From positions 5,787 through 69,786 of the IMG/VR virus record IMGVR_UViG_3300013947_000036: a stretch of DNA of 64,000 bases, one strand, 5' to 3'. This DNA is from a virus. Its lineage: Duplodnaviria > Caudoviricetes. Under the pieces are notes generated by a model. The model saw nothing but the letters and a program-made list of their open reading frames with translations. It was not told the DNA's origin and did not search any database. The position numbers were made by a program, and so were the translations under genes. Positions 24,671 through 37,849 of the stretch are shown piece by piece (positions within the stretch are counted from its first letter, which is position 1; each line of letters begins with the position of its first letter).

Positions 24671-26728
24671 TTATTCAGAATCTTGTTTAGCTCCACCTTT
24701 TTTCAAACCTTTCATTGGAACAATGTAAAAATCTAAACCAGTGTTAACATTGTTGTCATCAGTGTTTTCTTGATTTTCTTCTGAGTTTTTAGAATCTTTA
24801 TTATCTTCTTCAGTTGATGCAGTTTTAGCTAAAATCTTGTCAATTGGCGTATTTGCTAATTTTTTCCAAACAATATTGTTGTCATTTAAATTGTTCAATT
24901 TTACTTCAGTGTCTTTTTCACTTAAATCAGCATCAGCTAATATTTCATAGAATGGCTTGAAACCAGATTTAGCATAATTTTTGTTTTCTTTGTTAGCATA
25001 TGCTAAAGATTTTCCATCTTTATTTACAAATGTTTGTTTTATGAACTCATCTAAATTAGATCTTATTTTTTGCAAATTTTCAATTATTCTTGGTATTGCA
25101 ATATTTTTGTATTTAGAATTGTCTTGTTTTTTAATATCTTCATCATTAGTGTTTTCTGAAGATTTTTCTGTTGTTTCATCTGATGATTTTTCATCTGTAG
25201 TCTCTGAAGTTTTTTCTTCTTTTTCTGTAACAGCAGTGTTTTCCTCAAAAAGCATTGACATAATATTGTTTGCTATATAGTTTTCAGATAAATATTCTAC
25301 ATCAACAATATCATCTGCTAGATATGTTTTCAATGTATTTTCTATTATAAGCTTTCCAGAAATGTTGTTTATTTGACTAGAATTGACTTCTTCCTTTTGT
25401 TTAGATTCTTTTTCTTCATTGTCAATATCTATTTTTTCATTATTATTTGCATCTTCAGAATAATTATTGACTAAAATAACATCTTTTGAACTTATTCCAT
25501 GCTTTAGTTTTTTGAACAATCCTTTTATAGAAGCATTAACTAAATCTGCAATTGATTGTTGATTGAAAAGTTTGTAGCTTTTATCTGATTTGTCGACTTT
25601 TACGCAAATAGCTAAATCAACTGCTTTTATAGCAGATTTAGCTTTTCCATCTAAACGTTTGCTAAGATTTTTTATTATAGTTTGTGAATCAATAATGACA
25701 GATTGAGCATTTGATTGTGGAAATTTATTTTTCAATTCAGAATTGAAATTTGATTGAAGTTCATCAGGATTTATTTTTCCAAAAACTTTGTCAAGTGAAT
25801 CTACTACATCACCAATAGTATGCACTTCTCCAGCTGAACCACTTCTCCAATCAAATGATGATACTCCTAAATTCTTGAATATATTTCCTAATGTTTTTCC
25901 AAGACTTTTTCCTATCATCTTGAATGCATCTGCAATTTTATGTTCAGGACGTCCTTTTACAATAAGATTATATGTTATGCACCAACCTTTTGCTTTTTGT
26001 GATTCAGTATTATTTGTATCAGTTTTTTGTGTTTTATCTTTTTCTGGTGCAGTGTCAGATGAATCAGATTTAGTGTCACTTGATTCAGCATTTTCTTCAG
26101 AAGATTCAGAATCTTCATTAGATTTTTCTGAAGCTTCATCTTCTGCAGCTTCATTCAATAAATATGTTGAAAATGATGGAATATGTATGCTTTCATTATT
26201 CTATTCATTAGATTTTTCAGTATTTTCAGCTGATGAAGATTCTTCATTTTGTTTTTCTTCTGTTTTATTTTCTTGTTCAGTATTGCTAGTTTCAGATCCT
26301 GGAATAATGTAGATTTTATCTGTTGTTATTTTAGATACAATATCTGGACCAGCAAACCATTGGACATATTCTTGAATGACTGGCAATGCTTCATCAACAG
26401 TAATCAACTAATCTTCTTTTGTTACTGTTGCAGCTATTATATTAGAACCAGCTCCAGTGAATTTAGCTGATTTTTTATCTTTTCCATCAATTGCACTATT
26501 TGTTATTTGAATATCAGAATTTTTAGCTGAAGCTTTTTTAGCAGCATTGAAATGTAAAGATATAAGTATCTAATCTAAATCAATATCGCAAACTGATACA
26601 GTTTTAGTATTTTCATCTGCAAACAAACTAATATTTTTGCTATCATCAGTTTTATTATCATCAGTTGATACTTGATTGTTTTCAGTTTTATTGTCAACTT
26701 CTTCGTTTTTTATATCTTCACTTGCCAT
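24671..26728 (-). CDS. Large acidic low-complexity protein
   Basis: ATG 26728 behind the promoter motif; readthrough joins the 68-aa and 495-aa ORFs. Confidence 0.65.
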
Positions 26729-26756
26729 ACAAATTACTATTTACTTTTCTAAAAAA

Positions 26757-28109
26757 TCAATCTATTGAAAGAGAATAGTTTCTAATTAAAACTAAATTTT
26801 GACGATATCGTATAAGATTAGAATCAATTAAACTTGGTATAATAATATCATGTACTTTTGCAACTATCCAAAGACCTTCAAAAATTTTATATTTATTTTT
26901 AATATCATCTAATTTATTTAAATCATCTGTTGCAATATCTTTAGAATCTCTATCAAGAGAAATATTTAATAAAAATCCAGGTTTTACCAAAATATTACCT
27001 GTAGTATTTATAACTAATGATGAATCTTCTAAAAGCATTTTAACTGAATTTATATAAATATTAAATGTATTATTCCAATAAGTACCACTCTCTAAATATT
27101 TTATTTTATTATTAAAAAATGTATATTTTTCTTTATAGTTTTGATGATTGAATTTGCTATTTTGATATGCTAAAATTTCTTTAGTATCAATACTTTTATC
27201 AACAAATCGATTTTTATCATAATTAAAATCAAAAAACAATTTAGTTTTATTGTTTTGATATACATGTATTTTAGGAAATTTTGTAACAGTATTAAATTCA
27301 TTTGGTTCATTTTGTGTTGAAAATTCAGTATTTGATCTAAACATTGACAAAATGATATTTGTTGCACCTAAATATGTATCTTGATTATCTATAGTTACTA
27401 TTTGATATTTATTTGTAAAACTATTATATGTTAAAAATTTTAAATTATTATCTTTTTCCTTATAATAATATAATTTACTTAAAAGATAATTAACTGCTGT
27501 TATAACATTATCATTTTTTTGTGTTATGTAATTTATACGTACATTTGATACAGTATTTTTAAAAGATTCAGTATCAACAATAAGTTCATTTTCCATTAAT
27601 ATAGCTTTTATAATGTTAAATATTGATTCTTGTTTCTTATTGTAATTAGTAAAATTAACTGTACTCATACATTGAAACCAATGTACACTTAAAAAATTCA
27701 ATTGATAAGTTATAATATGTTTTTGTCTATCTAAAATTTTTATACTATTGACAAAAAATTTATGTACAAAACTAGATGTTTCACTTAATTTTTCAATTGT
27801 TATATCTTTATCAAATTTTTGAATAACTTCTTTGAAAATTACTTCAATATAAATAAATTGTTTATCTAAAAATTTATCAATTACACCGTAATTATCTTGA
27901 TATTTTAGTTCACCATTTATAAATAATTTATTAAATTCATTACTATATTCTAATGATATAACATTACTGTTATTTAAACTAAAATTATAATATTTTTTAT
28001 CATCATTTAAATCATTTGGTGTTTCATATGAATACAAGTTGATATTTAAAAAATATCTTTTTCCATCATAATTAAAATAAGTAGCTGAAAAATCTTGCAT
28101 ATATATCAA
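26757..28109 (-). CDS. Putative baseplate hub/tail protein
   Basis: 450-aa ORF next to the gp53-like gene; assigned by position only. Confidence 0.5.
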   Translation of the reverse strand: MIYMQDFSATYFNYDGKRYFLNINLYSYETPNDLNDDKKYYNFSLNNSNVISLEYSNEFNKLFINGELKYQDNYGVIDKFLDKQFIYIEVIFKEVIQKFDKDITIEKLSETSSFVHKFFVNSIKILDRQKHIITYQLNFLSVHWFQCMSTVNFTNYNKKQESIFNIIKAILMENELIVDTESFKNTVSNVRINYITQKNDNVITAVNYLLSKLYYYKEKDNNLKFLTYNSFTNKYQIVTIDNQDTYLGATNIILSMFRSNTEFSTQNEPNEFNTVTKFPKIHVYQNNKTKLFFDFNYDKNRFVDKSIDTKEILAYQNSKFNHQNYKEKYTFFNNKIKYLESGTYWNNTFNIYINSVKMLLEDSSLVINTTGNILVKPGFLLNISLDRDSKDIATDDLNKLDDIKNKYKIFEGLWIVAKVHDIIIPSLIDSNLIRYRQNLVLIRNYSLSID

Positions 28110-28435
28110 CTATCAAAATTATTAATATCAGATATTAAATCTGAAACTCTTTCTTGATTTATATATTTTACTTTAGTACCAATAGGAACAGTTTTAAAAA
28201 CATCTTTTATATTAACATTGTTTATTTTCATTAACAACCAAGCTAATCTAGTTGTTCCATATATTTTATATGAAATCAATGGCCATTGTAGTTCAAAATC
28301 ACAAACATAAGTTAATATCTAATCATCTGATATATTTATATATACAGTAGAATTAAGATTAAAAAAATAATTATTTTTTTTATCTATATAAATACTTAGA
28401 CTATTTTCAAAATCTGTTATTTTAATATAGTCCAT
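28106..28435 (-). CDS. gp53: Baseplate wedge protein, gp53-like
   Basis: WPLISYKIYGTTRLAWLLMKINNV motif (not in ORF track because of a TAG). Confidence 0.7.
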
Positions 28436-28470
28436 ATCACTATTTTTTATATCATAAATAACCATAAATT

Positions 28471-29928
28471 TTATTTTTTACCTGTACTACGACCATTATC
28501 ATCTAATTCTCCATTCCAAACTTTAACTACATTGTCAATCATACCATTAATTCCATTTGTCAATGCAGATATTGCAGCAGAATTTGTTCTAGTGAATTCA
28601 CCAGATGAATACTTATTAATAATATTTGAATTATGTGAATATTTAAACAAATAATTATTAAAATTATCAGGTAATAATGATTCAAATGTCAATTCAACAT
28701 GATATACATCTGGTATTTTTATTAAATTTTCAGAAATTATAGCATTTAAAAATACTTCTGGATTCATACAATTATTTATATGTGGTTTAAGTTTATTCTA
28801 TATCCATGTTTTTGGCATATTTCTTAATATGCCAAATTGAGTAACTTTAAAATTTCCTGTACATGCATAAAGTCTTCCATATCCTTCTAATTTTATGTCA
28901 TATAAATGTGGAGAATGCTAAAACATATTATATTGTATCCATTTTGCATTTGGAATTATAGTGTTTACAAATATAAAATTGATCAATGCAGAATCATCAG
29001 TATCATTGAATAAATCAAATTTGACATTTACTGTAGATGGTGGTGTAGCATTTCCTTCTTTTCCACTCCACCATGGCATTAATGAAATATTGACATTTCC
29101 TAAAAGATTTTTTATTAATGGACCAATAATTGGCATATTTTCACCTTTTGCTAATGTAATACCAGTTCCTGGCCAACCTGGATTTCCATTGCTAGCATAC
29201 ATTTCTCTATTTTCAATTACACATGGCAATTCATATAAATTTGTTGTAGTACATGATTGAAGCTAATACCACATAGTATATGGAAAATTATATATGTATG
29301 TTTGCAGTTTTTTCTAAGTAGATGTATAATTTTGATTTAATAAATTAGATTGATTAAGTTTTCCAAATGAATCAGTATATAAATCTTGATCTGCAAAACC
29401 TGTTAAATATTTAACAGCATATTTACATACACTAACTAATTTTTGTATTATACTATCATCAATTTGATCATCATCTGTTTTTTTACCAGCAGCTTCATTT
29501 TCTTTTTTCTTTTGATCTTTTTCATTTTTAAAAATATCTAATACACTTGAAATAAGTTTAGCAAAAAAATCTAAAGCTTGATCTAATCGTGTATCTGGAA
29601 GAAATTCTCGTATCTATATTCCAGGAATAGTATCAAATATTGTATTTATTGATATAGTTTTAGATCTTTCACTTTCATTAGTTGGATTATCAATATATAA
29701 ATATCTATATGAAATATCATCTATTATTTTAGTTTTTAAACTAGTTGGACATATATTTATTGTTCCTCTATTTATCATTTTGTTAGTATTTCTAAATGAA
29801 AATACTTGTGGAATTCCTTTTACGTCTTTAGCTTCTTTATATTCATATGTATTTAAAGATTGATTAGGATCTAAAACAAATGGCAAATGCATTTGTTTTA
29901 TATTACCTGGAATAGAAAAAACTCCCAT
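28471..29928 (-). CDS. Putative baseplate/tail-tube junction protein
   Basis: Three track ORFs joined in one frame; context. Confidence 0.5.
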
Positions 29929-32357
29929 TAAATATTATCCTTTCTTACAAAATCTTTATTATTTTTTAATATTTGTATTGGTATTGGTATCATTGACTAA
30001 TTATCTAATTTTTCAAAAATCATTTTAAATTTTTCATCTAAATATGACAATAAATTTGGTCCAAAATTATCAATTTGTTCAGCATTATTTTTATTTTTAT
30101 TGTTTTTCAAAATTTCATTTCTATTATTTAAATTTTCAGCTAAAGAATTTTGGTTTTCTTTTGATTGATTTTCTATATTGTTAATTGAATCTAATCCTGG
30201 TTTAACAATTTGAATAGATGTTTCAATAGTTATAGGTTCTTTGTCCTTAAATATATATTTATGTATTTCTTTAATTAAAGAAAACATATCATCTATTATA
30301 TGAATACTATTGAGCATTTGCTCAATTTTCTTTTGTTCCATTTTTTTATTTAATTCAACTAAAGCTGCAGCTTTATCTTCTTCTTCAAATTTTTTATTTA
30401 ATGCATCTGTTTCTGCTTTTATATAATCATTGATAGAATTGCCTTGTTTAGCTCTTTCAATTTCATCATCTGTTGGTTTATGACCTAATATTGCTTCACC
30501 AAGTCCACCAAGAGGCCATCTACAATCTGCTACTAATATTGCAAAATCTTGTATTTTTGTTCGTAATGCTTTAAGTGGTACTATTATATATAATTGAATA
30601 TTTTTAATTATATCCTTTACTATAGATCTTATAAGTTTAACAGCTTCTAACATAATGTCTGCTGTAACTAAAATAATTTCTGATATTTTTTCACCTATAG
30701 CTTTTGCATGAGTTCTTAAACCTTCAAAGAAATCTGCTATTATGCCTACAATAGAAGATAATATTGATGCAACTGATGCTACAGTATTTGCAACTTTTAA
30801 CATAAAATAGCTTATTTTTTCACCAATTTCTTTTGCATGTGATTTTAATCCTTCCATTAAATCTGCTAGTGTACCTACAACTCCATTGACAAATCTTCCT
30901 AATCCTACACCAATATCATATGCATATGAACCAATTCCTTCCATTAAATCTGCTAATATATCTACAACAGCATCAACAAATCTTCCTAATCCTACACCAA
31001 TATCATATGCTTTAGTGCTTAAACCTTTCATTAAATTTGCTAATATATTTACAACTGATAATGCAAAAATACCTAATGCTTCACCAATTGCTTTAGCATG
31101 CACTCCAATTCCATCTAATAATGGAACCATTACTTTATCCCAAACAACTTGAAGTTTATCTAATACAAATTCTCCAAGATTTTCTAAAAGTCTTAGAGCA
31201 TCTGCAAAAGATTTTAAAATTTCTCCTATTCCTTCAGATATTGGCTATAATGATTCTTGTATTGGTTTTAGCATTTTTGCAATTGGTTCAGCTATCAATG
31301 TCAAACCTAAAGCTAATATAGCCATAACAGGAAATACTATTTTTGCTAAAATTTTTAATATAAATGCAGTTAATACTTTAAATACTTTATTTAAAAATGT
31401 CTTAAAATTAGCTACCCAAAAATCTATAAAATTATTACAAAAATCTAAAACAGAATCTAATGTTTTTTTAATCTATTTAATTATTGCAATACTTTCTTTT
31501 TGTTCTTGTTTTTCAACTTTAAGTTGTTTTTCTTCTTTTTTAGAAGGTATTAATTTTGACAAAAAATTATTAGTATTTGAAAAATTTTTCAATACATTAT
31601 TCTAAATTTCTTCTATATTTAATAATATATTATCAAGTTTATCATAAATCTAACTTAAAAATGAATTTATTGTTGATAAAATATCAGTTTTTTGACTATC
31701 ATTATCTGAAGCTTCAGTATCTTCTGTATTTTTTTCAGAAGTTTTTTCTTTTTCAATATTATCTTCAGAAGTTTTATCTGATTTTTCTGTTTGTGTTTTT
31801 TCAGATATATTTTCATCTGATAAAGTTTCAGTTATATCTGAATTTTTTGTATTTATTTCATCTAAATTAGAATCTATATTATTTTGATTAGTTTCTAAAG
31901 TATTAAATTTATCATTGAAAAAATCAGTCAAAGTTTGAACTATATTATTTAATTTATCAGATAATATAGTTGCAATACTATTTGTTATCTATATTTTAAT
32001 AGTTTCAATGTCATTATCTGATAATTCTAAAGTTGATTTATTCTTTATAGTTTCATTTAATGAATCAACTATGTAATTTTTTACTTCTGTAAGTTCATTG
32101 TTTGTAAAATCATCTTTAACTTCATCTAAAAGACTTGCAATACGACCAAGAATTGCATCAGTGTTTTTGCTTGTAATCATTCTTTCATATTCTTCAAGTG
32201 TTTCATATGAATTAAAGATATTTTGAAGTATCTATTCAACTAATTGTTTTTCTTTATCTGATAATTTCTAGATCTAGATACTTGGCTATGTAGCTTTTAT
32301 ACTTTTAAGTAAAGCATCTTGTGATCCATTATTATTTGCTAGTTTTTTACTTCCCAT
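29928..32357 (-). CDS. Tape-measure-like protein
   Basis: 809 aa; amphipathic 29-aa repeats (AYDIGVGLGRFV...LADLMEG); baseplate context. Confidence 0.6.
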
Positions 32358-32395
32358 TTTTTATATATTTACTTTTAAAAATAAATATATTAAAA

Positions 32396-32420
32396 TTGAA
32401 GCTAGTTAAACTAGCTTCAA
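32396..32420. terminator. Perfect hairpin, putative terminator
   Basis: TTGAAGCTAGT-TAA-ACTAGCTTCAA. Confidence 0.6.
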
Positions 32421-32686
32421 AATTTCATTCTTAAACCATCTTTTCCCATTGTTATGAATATAAGTATATCACGTAATGAAATAATAGCTTTTTCAAAATC
32501 TTTCTTTTGAATAGAATCATTTTCTTTTTTAATTTTCTATTCTAAAATTCCAATATATGAAAATAAATCTAATAATGACATTTTATTCATTAAATCAAAT
32601 GGATTAAGTTTAAATTTTTGGAGAAATAGAAATTCAGCTTCAATTATATATTGATATGTTATTAAAGCTATTTCTCCAAACATCAT
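32417..32686 (-). CDS. Baseplate hub assembly protein, gp51-like
   Basis: ATG overlaps the upstream TGA; small gene following the gp26-like gene as in T4-like phages. Confidence 0.45.
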
Positions 32687-33534
32687 AAAAAACTTTCAGT
32701 TGTTGTCACATCATTTTCATATTTAGCACCACAATTATAACATTCATGTTGCTAGAATGTATCATTTATTTTCTTTATATATTCAGTTGTAATATATTTA
32801 AGAATACCATTTTCAGAATAAAGAACATCTTGTGGGAACAATGATGTAAATTGAATAATGTCATTTGGTTCAAAATCATTAAAATTAATTGTTCTAGCAT
32901 TTTTTGTTTTTTTATTTATTATAACAACTGATTTCAAAAACATATTTATATAGTCAATATTCTAAAAATTCTCAATAGATTTTGATTCATTTTTATTAGT
33001 ATTTCTATATTTTAATGCTGCAGATTTATAATATAATTGAATTCTTTTAACAGATGGATATTCAATTTCAAAATTAAATTTCCAAAGTTTATTTTCATAC
33101 TAATATTTTTTTGTTGTCAGTTCAATTTTATCTAATCTTTTTAAAACAATATCAAAATCTAATTTAAATTGGTTTTGAGCTCCACAATTTTTACATGTAA
33201 ACTTTATATCATTTTTAAACATGTTAGATTGATATAAAGCTATTAATAATTTTAATCTATCAAATTCTGAACAATCATATATATTAAAAGTTTCTGGTTC
33301 TAAACAAACTGAATTTATTAATGCACATTGAGCATCAAAAATAATATCTTTACGGTTTTCATTTTCAATTAATGTACGTGATAATGTTTTTTGCTAAGTA
33401 ACTGTTATTTCTTTGAAACCTACTTCTCTTTTAAGACTATTTATATAAATTCTATATACAGATGTAGCAAAATCCTATTTTAATGCATTTGCAATATCAA
33501 TAGCATTTTGTTTTTTATTGTTTTCTTCTGACAT
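32683..33534 (-). CDS. Baseplate hub assembly protein, gp26-like
   Basis: VGFKEITV, two CxxC motifs (CKNC, CYNC); TAG readthrough. Confidence 0.55.
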
Positions 33535-33562
33535 TTTTACATATTTCCTTTAATTTACTGCT

Positions 33563-33718
33563 TACTATTTCATATTTACTTTTTCAAAAAAATTTTCATT
33601 TTTTTTTTGAAAATAGTTTATGTTTTTATTTTCTAGGAAAGTATTAATATATAAAAAACATTTATGTTGTTTATTTCTAGGAAAGTATTAATATATAAAA
33701 AACATTTATGTTGTTTAT
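33563..33718. repeat. 112-bp direct repeat (copy 2 at 63890-64000) containing a 44-bp tandem duplication
   Basis: 33631-33674 = 33675-33718; 33563-33674 near-identical to 63890-64000. Confidence 0.9.
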
Positions 33719-33867
33719 ATAATTACGAATGTATTTCATATATAATTATCAATATATATCTTGTATTTTCTGTTTTCAATATATATATATCTTATTTTAA
33801 ATATTTAAATTTCTAAAACTTGTAGTTATATTTTTATATATGATTATGAGATAGACTTTTCTTTCAG

Positions 33868-33878
33868 AAAAGTAAATA
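33868..33878 (+). promoter_or_regulatory. Candidate late-promoter motif AAAAGTAAATA (one of 14 exact copies)
   Basis: 27 nt upstream of ATG 33905; same motif upstream of many structural genes. Confidence 0.6.
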
Positions 33879-33904
33879 GATAGAAAGATTAGTTTCTAAA
33901 ATAA

Positions 33905-34501
33905 ATGGGTTTAGCGTTAGGAAATTTACTAGGTGGCATTACAAATTTGACCACAGCTTTAAGTCATGAAAAAGGCGTAAAAGCTTTTTTGCATAACATA
34001 AACAAGTTTGGAATTCAGACAAAAAACAACTTTGAAGTAAATTTTTCTGGATTAGAACAAGCTACATTTTTCATTTAGAGCATAGAACTTCCAGGATTGC
34101 ATCAAAATTTCACTGAAGTCTATTATGATGGAAACAAAATTGATATTCCAATAAACCATGAATATGACCATGAATTTTCTATGACTGTTTTGAATGATGC
34201 TTAGGGTTATATATATTCAGCATTGACTAATTTCATTGTAAGTGATTCTACAAACATTCTAGCAAATTCAGGATATACTATGACAATAAAAGCTTTGACT
34301 GGAGACAAAAACTACAGTGGTTCAATGATAACATTGAATGGAGTAAGAATTGAAAATATTTCAGGTTTGTCATTTGGATATGACCAAAATGACATTTAGA
34401 CATTCAATATTTCTGGAAAACTCATAGACTTTACAGTTACGCCTGGAGCATTAGGAACAGCATCTAATATTCTTGGAACAGTCGACAATCTATTGAAATA
34501 A
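33905..34501 (+). CDS. Tail-tube-fold protein (gp19/gp48/gp54 family)
   Basis: NNFEVNF, SIELPG, FSMTVLND, TFNI motifs; three TAGs read through. Confidence 0.55.
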
Positions 34502-34509
34502 GGTGACAC

Positions 34510-35460
34510 ATGGGAGTTGGAAGCAATTTTGTAAATTCATTCATTGATACAGTAAGTGACACTAACAGTGGCACTAATTTGCAGCAATTTCTTAATAAAT
34601 TTGGATCATCAGCTGGAAAATATGCTGAATAGTTGAATCCACTTGCTACATTTGATGTCAACATAAAATTCTATCCAACTATATCATCTAAATCTATACA
34701 GAATATATCAACAAAGGACAAAATAAAAGGATTGCTAGGATCAACAGTCACTTCAATGGCTACAAATCTTGGAAACAATCTAACTGGTGGTTTGTTGACA
34801 TCACTTCTTAATAAAACTACAGTTGAATCAGAAACTACAGTTGAATCAGAAAGAAAAGACTTTGACAAAGCTGGTGAACATACATTTTTAGAATATCTAG
34901 CTAAAGCAAATCTTCTAGTTGGAGGAGAAAATTGGTTCAAGTCAGAACAAAGTGTATGTCCATTAGAGCTTCAATTAGGTTTCTATATTCAAAGTATAGT
35001 TGTTCCAAAGTTGAAAATACCAGATGGAGCTAAAATCTAGACATCACTTGGTGAATTTTCTACAAATGGAAACTATGTGATTCCAGACAACAACAATCTT
35101 CAATTAGACATTTTATGCACAAAACTTCCATTGCATGAAAGAATATTCTATCCATGGATGAGAGAAGTCACACTTCCATATTGGTCTTATGCAACTCAAC
35201 CATATACAACTGCTACAATAACAATTGATTTCAACAAACACACTGATTTGAAATATGTTTTTTGTGGTTGCAGACCTACATCAATTGACACAATACAGCC
35301 TACACAAGAACCAAATGGAAGCATAACTAGACAAGTCACATTTTTGTTTGATTTCATGTTCATTGAATCAAATGACACAACAGTAGAATCAGTTGAAAAC
35401 AAATTGTTGTCAACAGGAAAAACATTGTTGAATTCAGCTGGAAAAATGATGAATTTCTAA
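34510..35460 (+). CDS. Tail-tube-fold baseplate protein
   Basis: YIQSIVVP, IFYPWM, QVTFLFD motifs; TAG readthrough. Confidence 0.5.
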
Positions 35461-35501
35461 ACTTTCATAGAAATTTAAATTTTGTACATTATGAAATATA
35501 T

Positions 35502-37214
35502 ATGTGCAAAATTTCTGAAAAATCTAAAAATATTTTAAAACATATTGTAGAAACTCATTGTGTTTCATATGCAAGAATTTTAAAATCGAAAAAATATTCA
35601 GATTTGTTTTCTGAAATTTCAGTTGCTTTTGAAAATTTTCCAAATTTAGATCTAAACACTAGAATTTTTTGGATATTGAATAACTTAAAAACATATCCAA
35701 AATGTGAAATTTGTGGAAAAGAACTAGTGAAGACAAAATGTCATCCACTTGAAGGATACACTACCAAATTTTGCTCTAGCAAATGTGCACACAAAAGTCT
35801 TGCATTCAAAGAAAAAATTAAAAATGCATTAAGTTGCTATGATAGACAAAAAGCAATGCAAAAACGTGAATTGACTTGTTTAAAAAAATATGGTTGTAGA
35901 AATGTTTCACAAAATTCAGAAATAAGAAAAAAAATTTCAAAAACATTTTCTGAAAAAACTGATGCTGATATTTTAAAAACTACATTGAAAAGAAAAGCTA
36001 CAAAATTTGCAAGATATGGAGATGAAAATTATTTTGACAAAAACAAAAAACAGTCTACAATTGAAAAGAAAACAATAGAAAATCCAAAATATTTAAAAAA
36101 CATTGTAGAAAAAAGAAAGAAAACTTGTCTTAAAATATATGGATGTGATTGTGCAGCACAACGTGACATTGCAAAGAAAAATCGTGAAATTGCAATTTTC
36201 AAAGAACTCTATGAAAAAATGATGTCAAATGAAAAAGTTCTTCCATTATTTCAATTTGATGAATATTTTAAAGTTAAAAACACTCAAAAACTGAAATGGA
36301 AATGCAAAATATGTGGAAATGAATTTGAGTGTGAAGCTAATGATGGACATGGATTTCTTCCAAGATGCTACAAATGTTTTCCAAAGCAACAACCTGTGTC
36401 AAATGAAGAAAAAACATTAGTTGAATTCATTGAAAAACTTGACATTGAAATTCAAACTTCATGTAGAAAAATAATTCCACCATATGAACTTGACATCTAT
36501 ATTCCTGAAAAGAAACTAGCTATTGAATTTGATGGTCTATTTTGGCATAGTGAAAAAGCTGATGCAGAAGTTAGTTATCATTTAGTTAAAAATGAGATGT
36601 GTGAAAAACTAGAAATACAATTGATACATGTTTTTGAAGATGAATGGCTTTTCAAGAGAAAACAAACAGAAAATTTTTTGAAAAAAATTCTTGGAGTGCA
36701 AAATTGCTTCAAACATATCACAAATGATTTGTGTGAAATAATTGAACTTGATGATTTTCAAACATAGCAATTCATTTTTGAAAATTCATTGATAGAAAAT
36801 TTCAAACATGATGTTTCATTAGGCTTGAAATTTAAAAATGAAATCATAAGTTTGATGACTTTCACAAAAATATATGAAAATTCATATATAGTCAATTGCT
36901 ATGATGACAAAATTGGATTTGATGTGAAAGAAAGCAAGAAAAAACTATTGGACTATTTCATTAAAAATCACAAAACAAAAAGACTTATAGCTTTTGTAGA
37001 CAGAAGATTGCGTAATGGAGAAGATTTGAAGAAACTTGGATTCAAATTTCTCTTTGCTGGAGTTCCAAATGCATATCTATGGAATTTCAAAAACAAAAAA
37101 CAAAAAGAAACATTAGAAAAATCAATTGAAATTTCAAATGAAGAAAAAAATATGCGTGAATACACACGCATATATGATTCTGGAAATCTAGTTTTTGAAA
37201 AAACTTATTTCTGA
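35502..37214 (+). CDS. Homing-endonuclease-like protein HE1 (Zn module + PD-(D/E)XK/Vsr-like nuclease + GNAT-like C-terminal domain)
   Basis: RIFWILN..YPKCxxC, KYG repeats, PYELDIYIPEKKLAIEFDGLFWHS, YDSGNLVF tail. Confidence 0.7.
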
Positions 37215-37780
37215 CCTATCAAAGAACCTTTTTTAGAATCTTCAATAGTCCAATAGGTACTTTTTAGTGTAACGTCAAATGTAGCTACGTCACCACCTTC
37301 ATATGTCAATGAAACAGGACCTACTGCAGTGATTCTTATATTGTAAAGTTTGTAAGTTTCAATTACAGTCTTGTTGTCTTTGTCAAAAAGTGTTATACGA
37401 GCAATAGATTTTTCATTTATTCCTCTATCACCTTCAAATACTGAACCACCTTCAATGTCTGGGTTTATGACTTTTGCTTGCCAAGCTAAGAAAGCTCTGC
37501 GATATTCACCATTTACATCGGCCTAGATTGTCATTGTATGTTCATTTTCCATTGTAAGTCTTGTTGGAACTATATTTGCCATTTCAAAACCTTTATAATG
37601 GATTGACGCGTATTCAATATTTCTTCCAGGTAATGTAAAGTTTTTTCCAAACATTACTGCAGTCTTCAATACTTTGTCGATGTCATTGTAACCAGATGTA
37701 AAAGTAGCTTCCCATTGGTTGTTAGCACGTATTGTATTGCTGTTTGTAGCTGCTAAAAATTGTTCTATAGGCGTAGCCAT
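37205..37780 (-). CDS. gp19: Tail tube protein, gp19-like
   Basis: FTLPGRNI, AW, ETYKLYNI...GPVSLTY, TFDVTL..TYW motifs. Confidence 0.85.
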
Positions 37781-37849
37781 GTTAAAATAATCCTTTTTTA
37801 ATAAACGTTTATATAATCTATTTACTTTTAGAATTTCGAAAGTATAATA

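Noticed and set aside
11738-34852. Short in-frame tandem duplications (12 bp near 11740; 18 bp ETTVES near 34815)
   Set aside because: Two to three units in low-complexity coding regions; ordinary slippage
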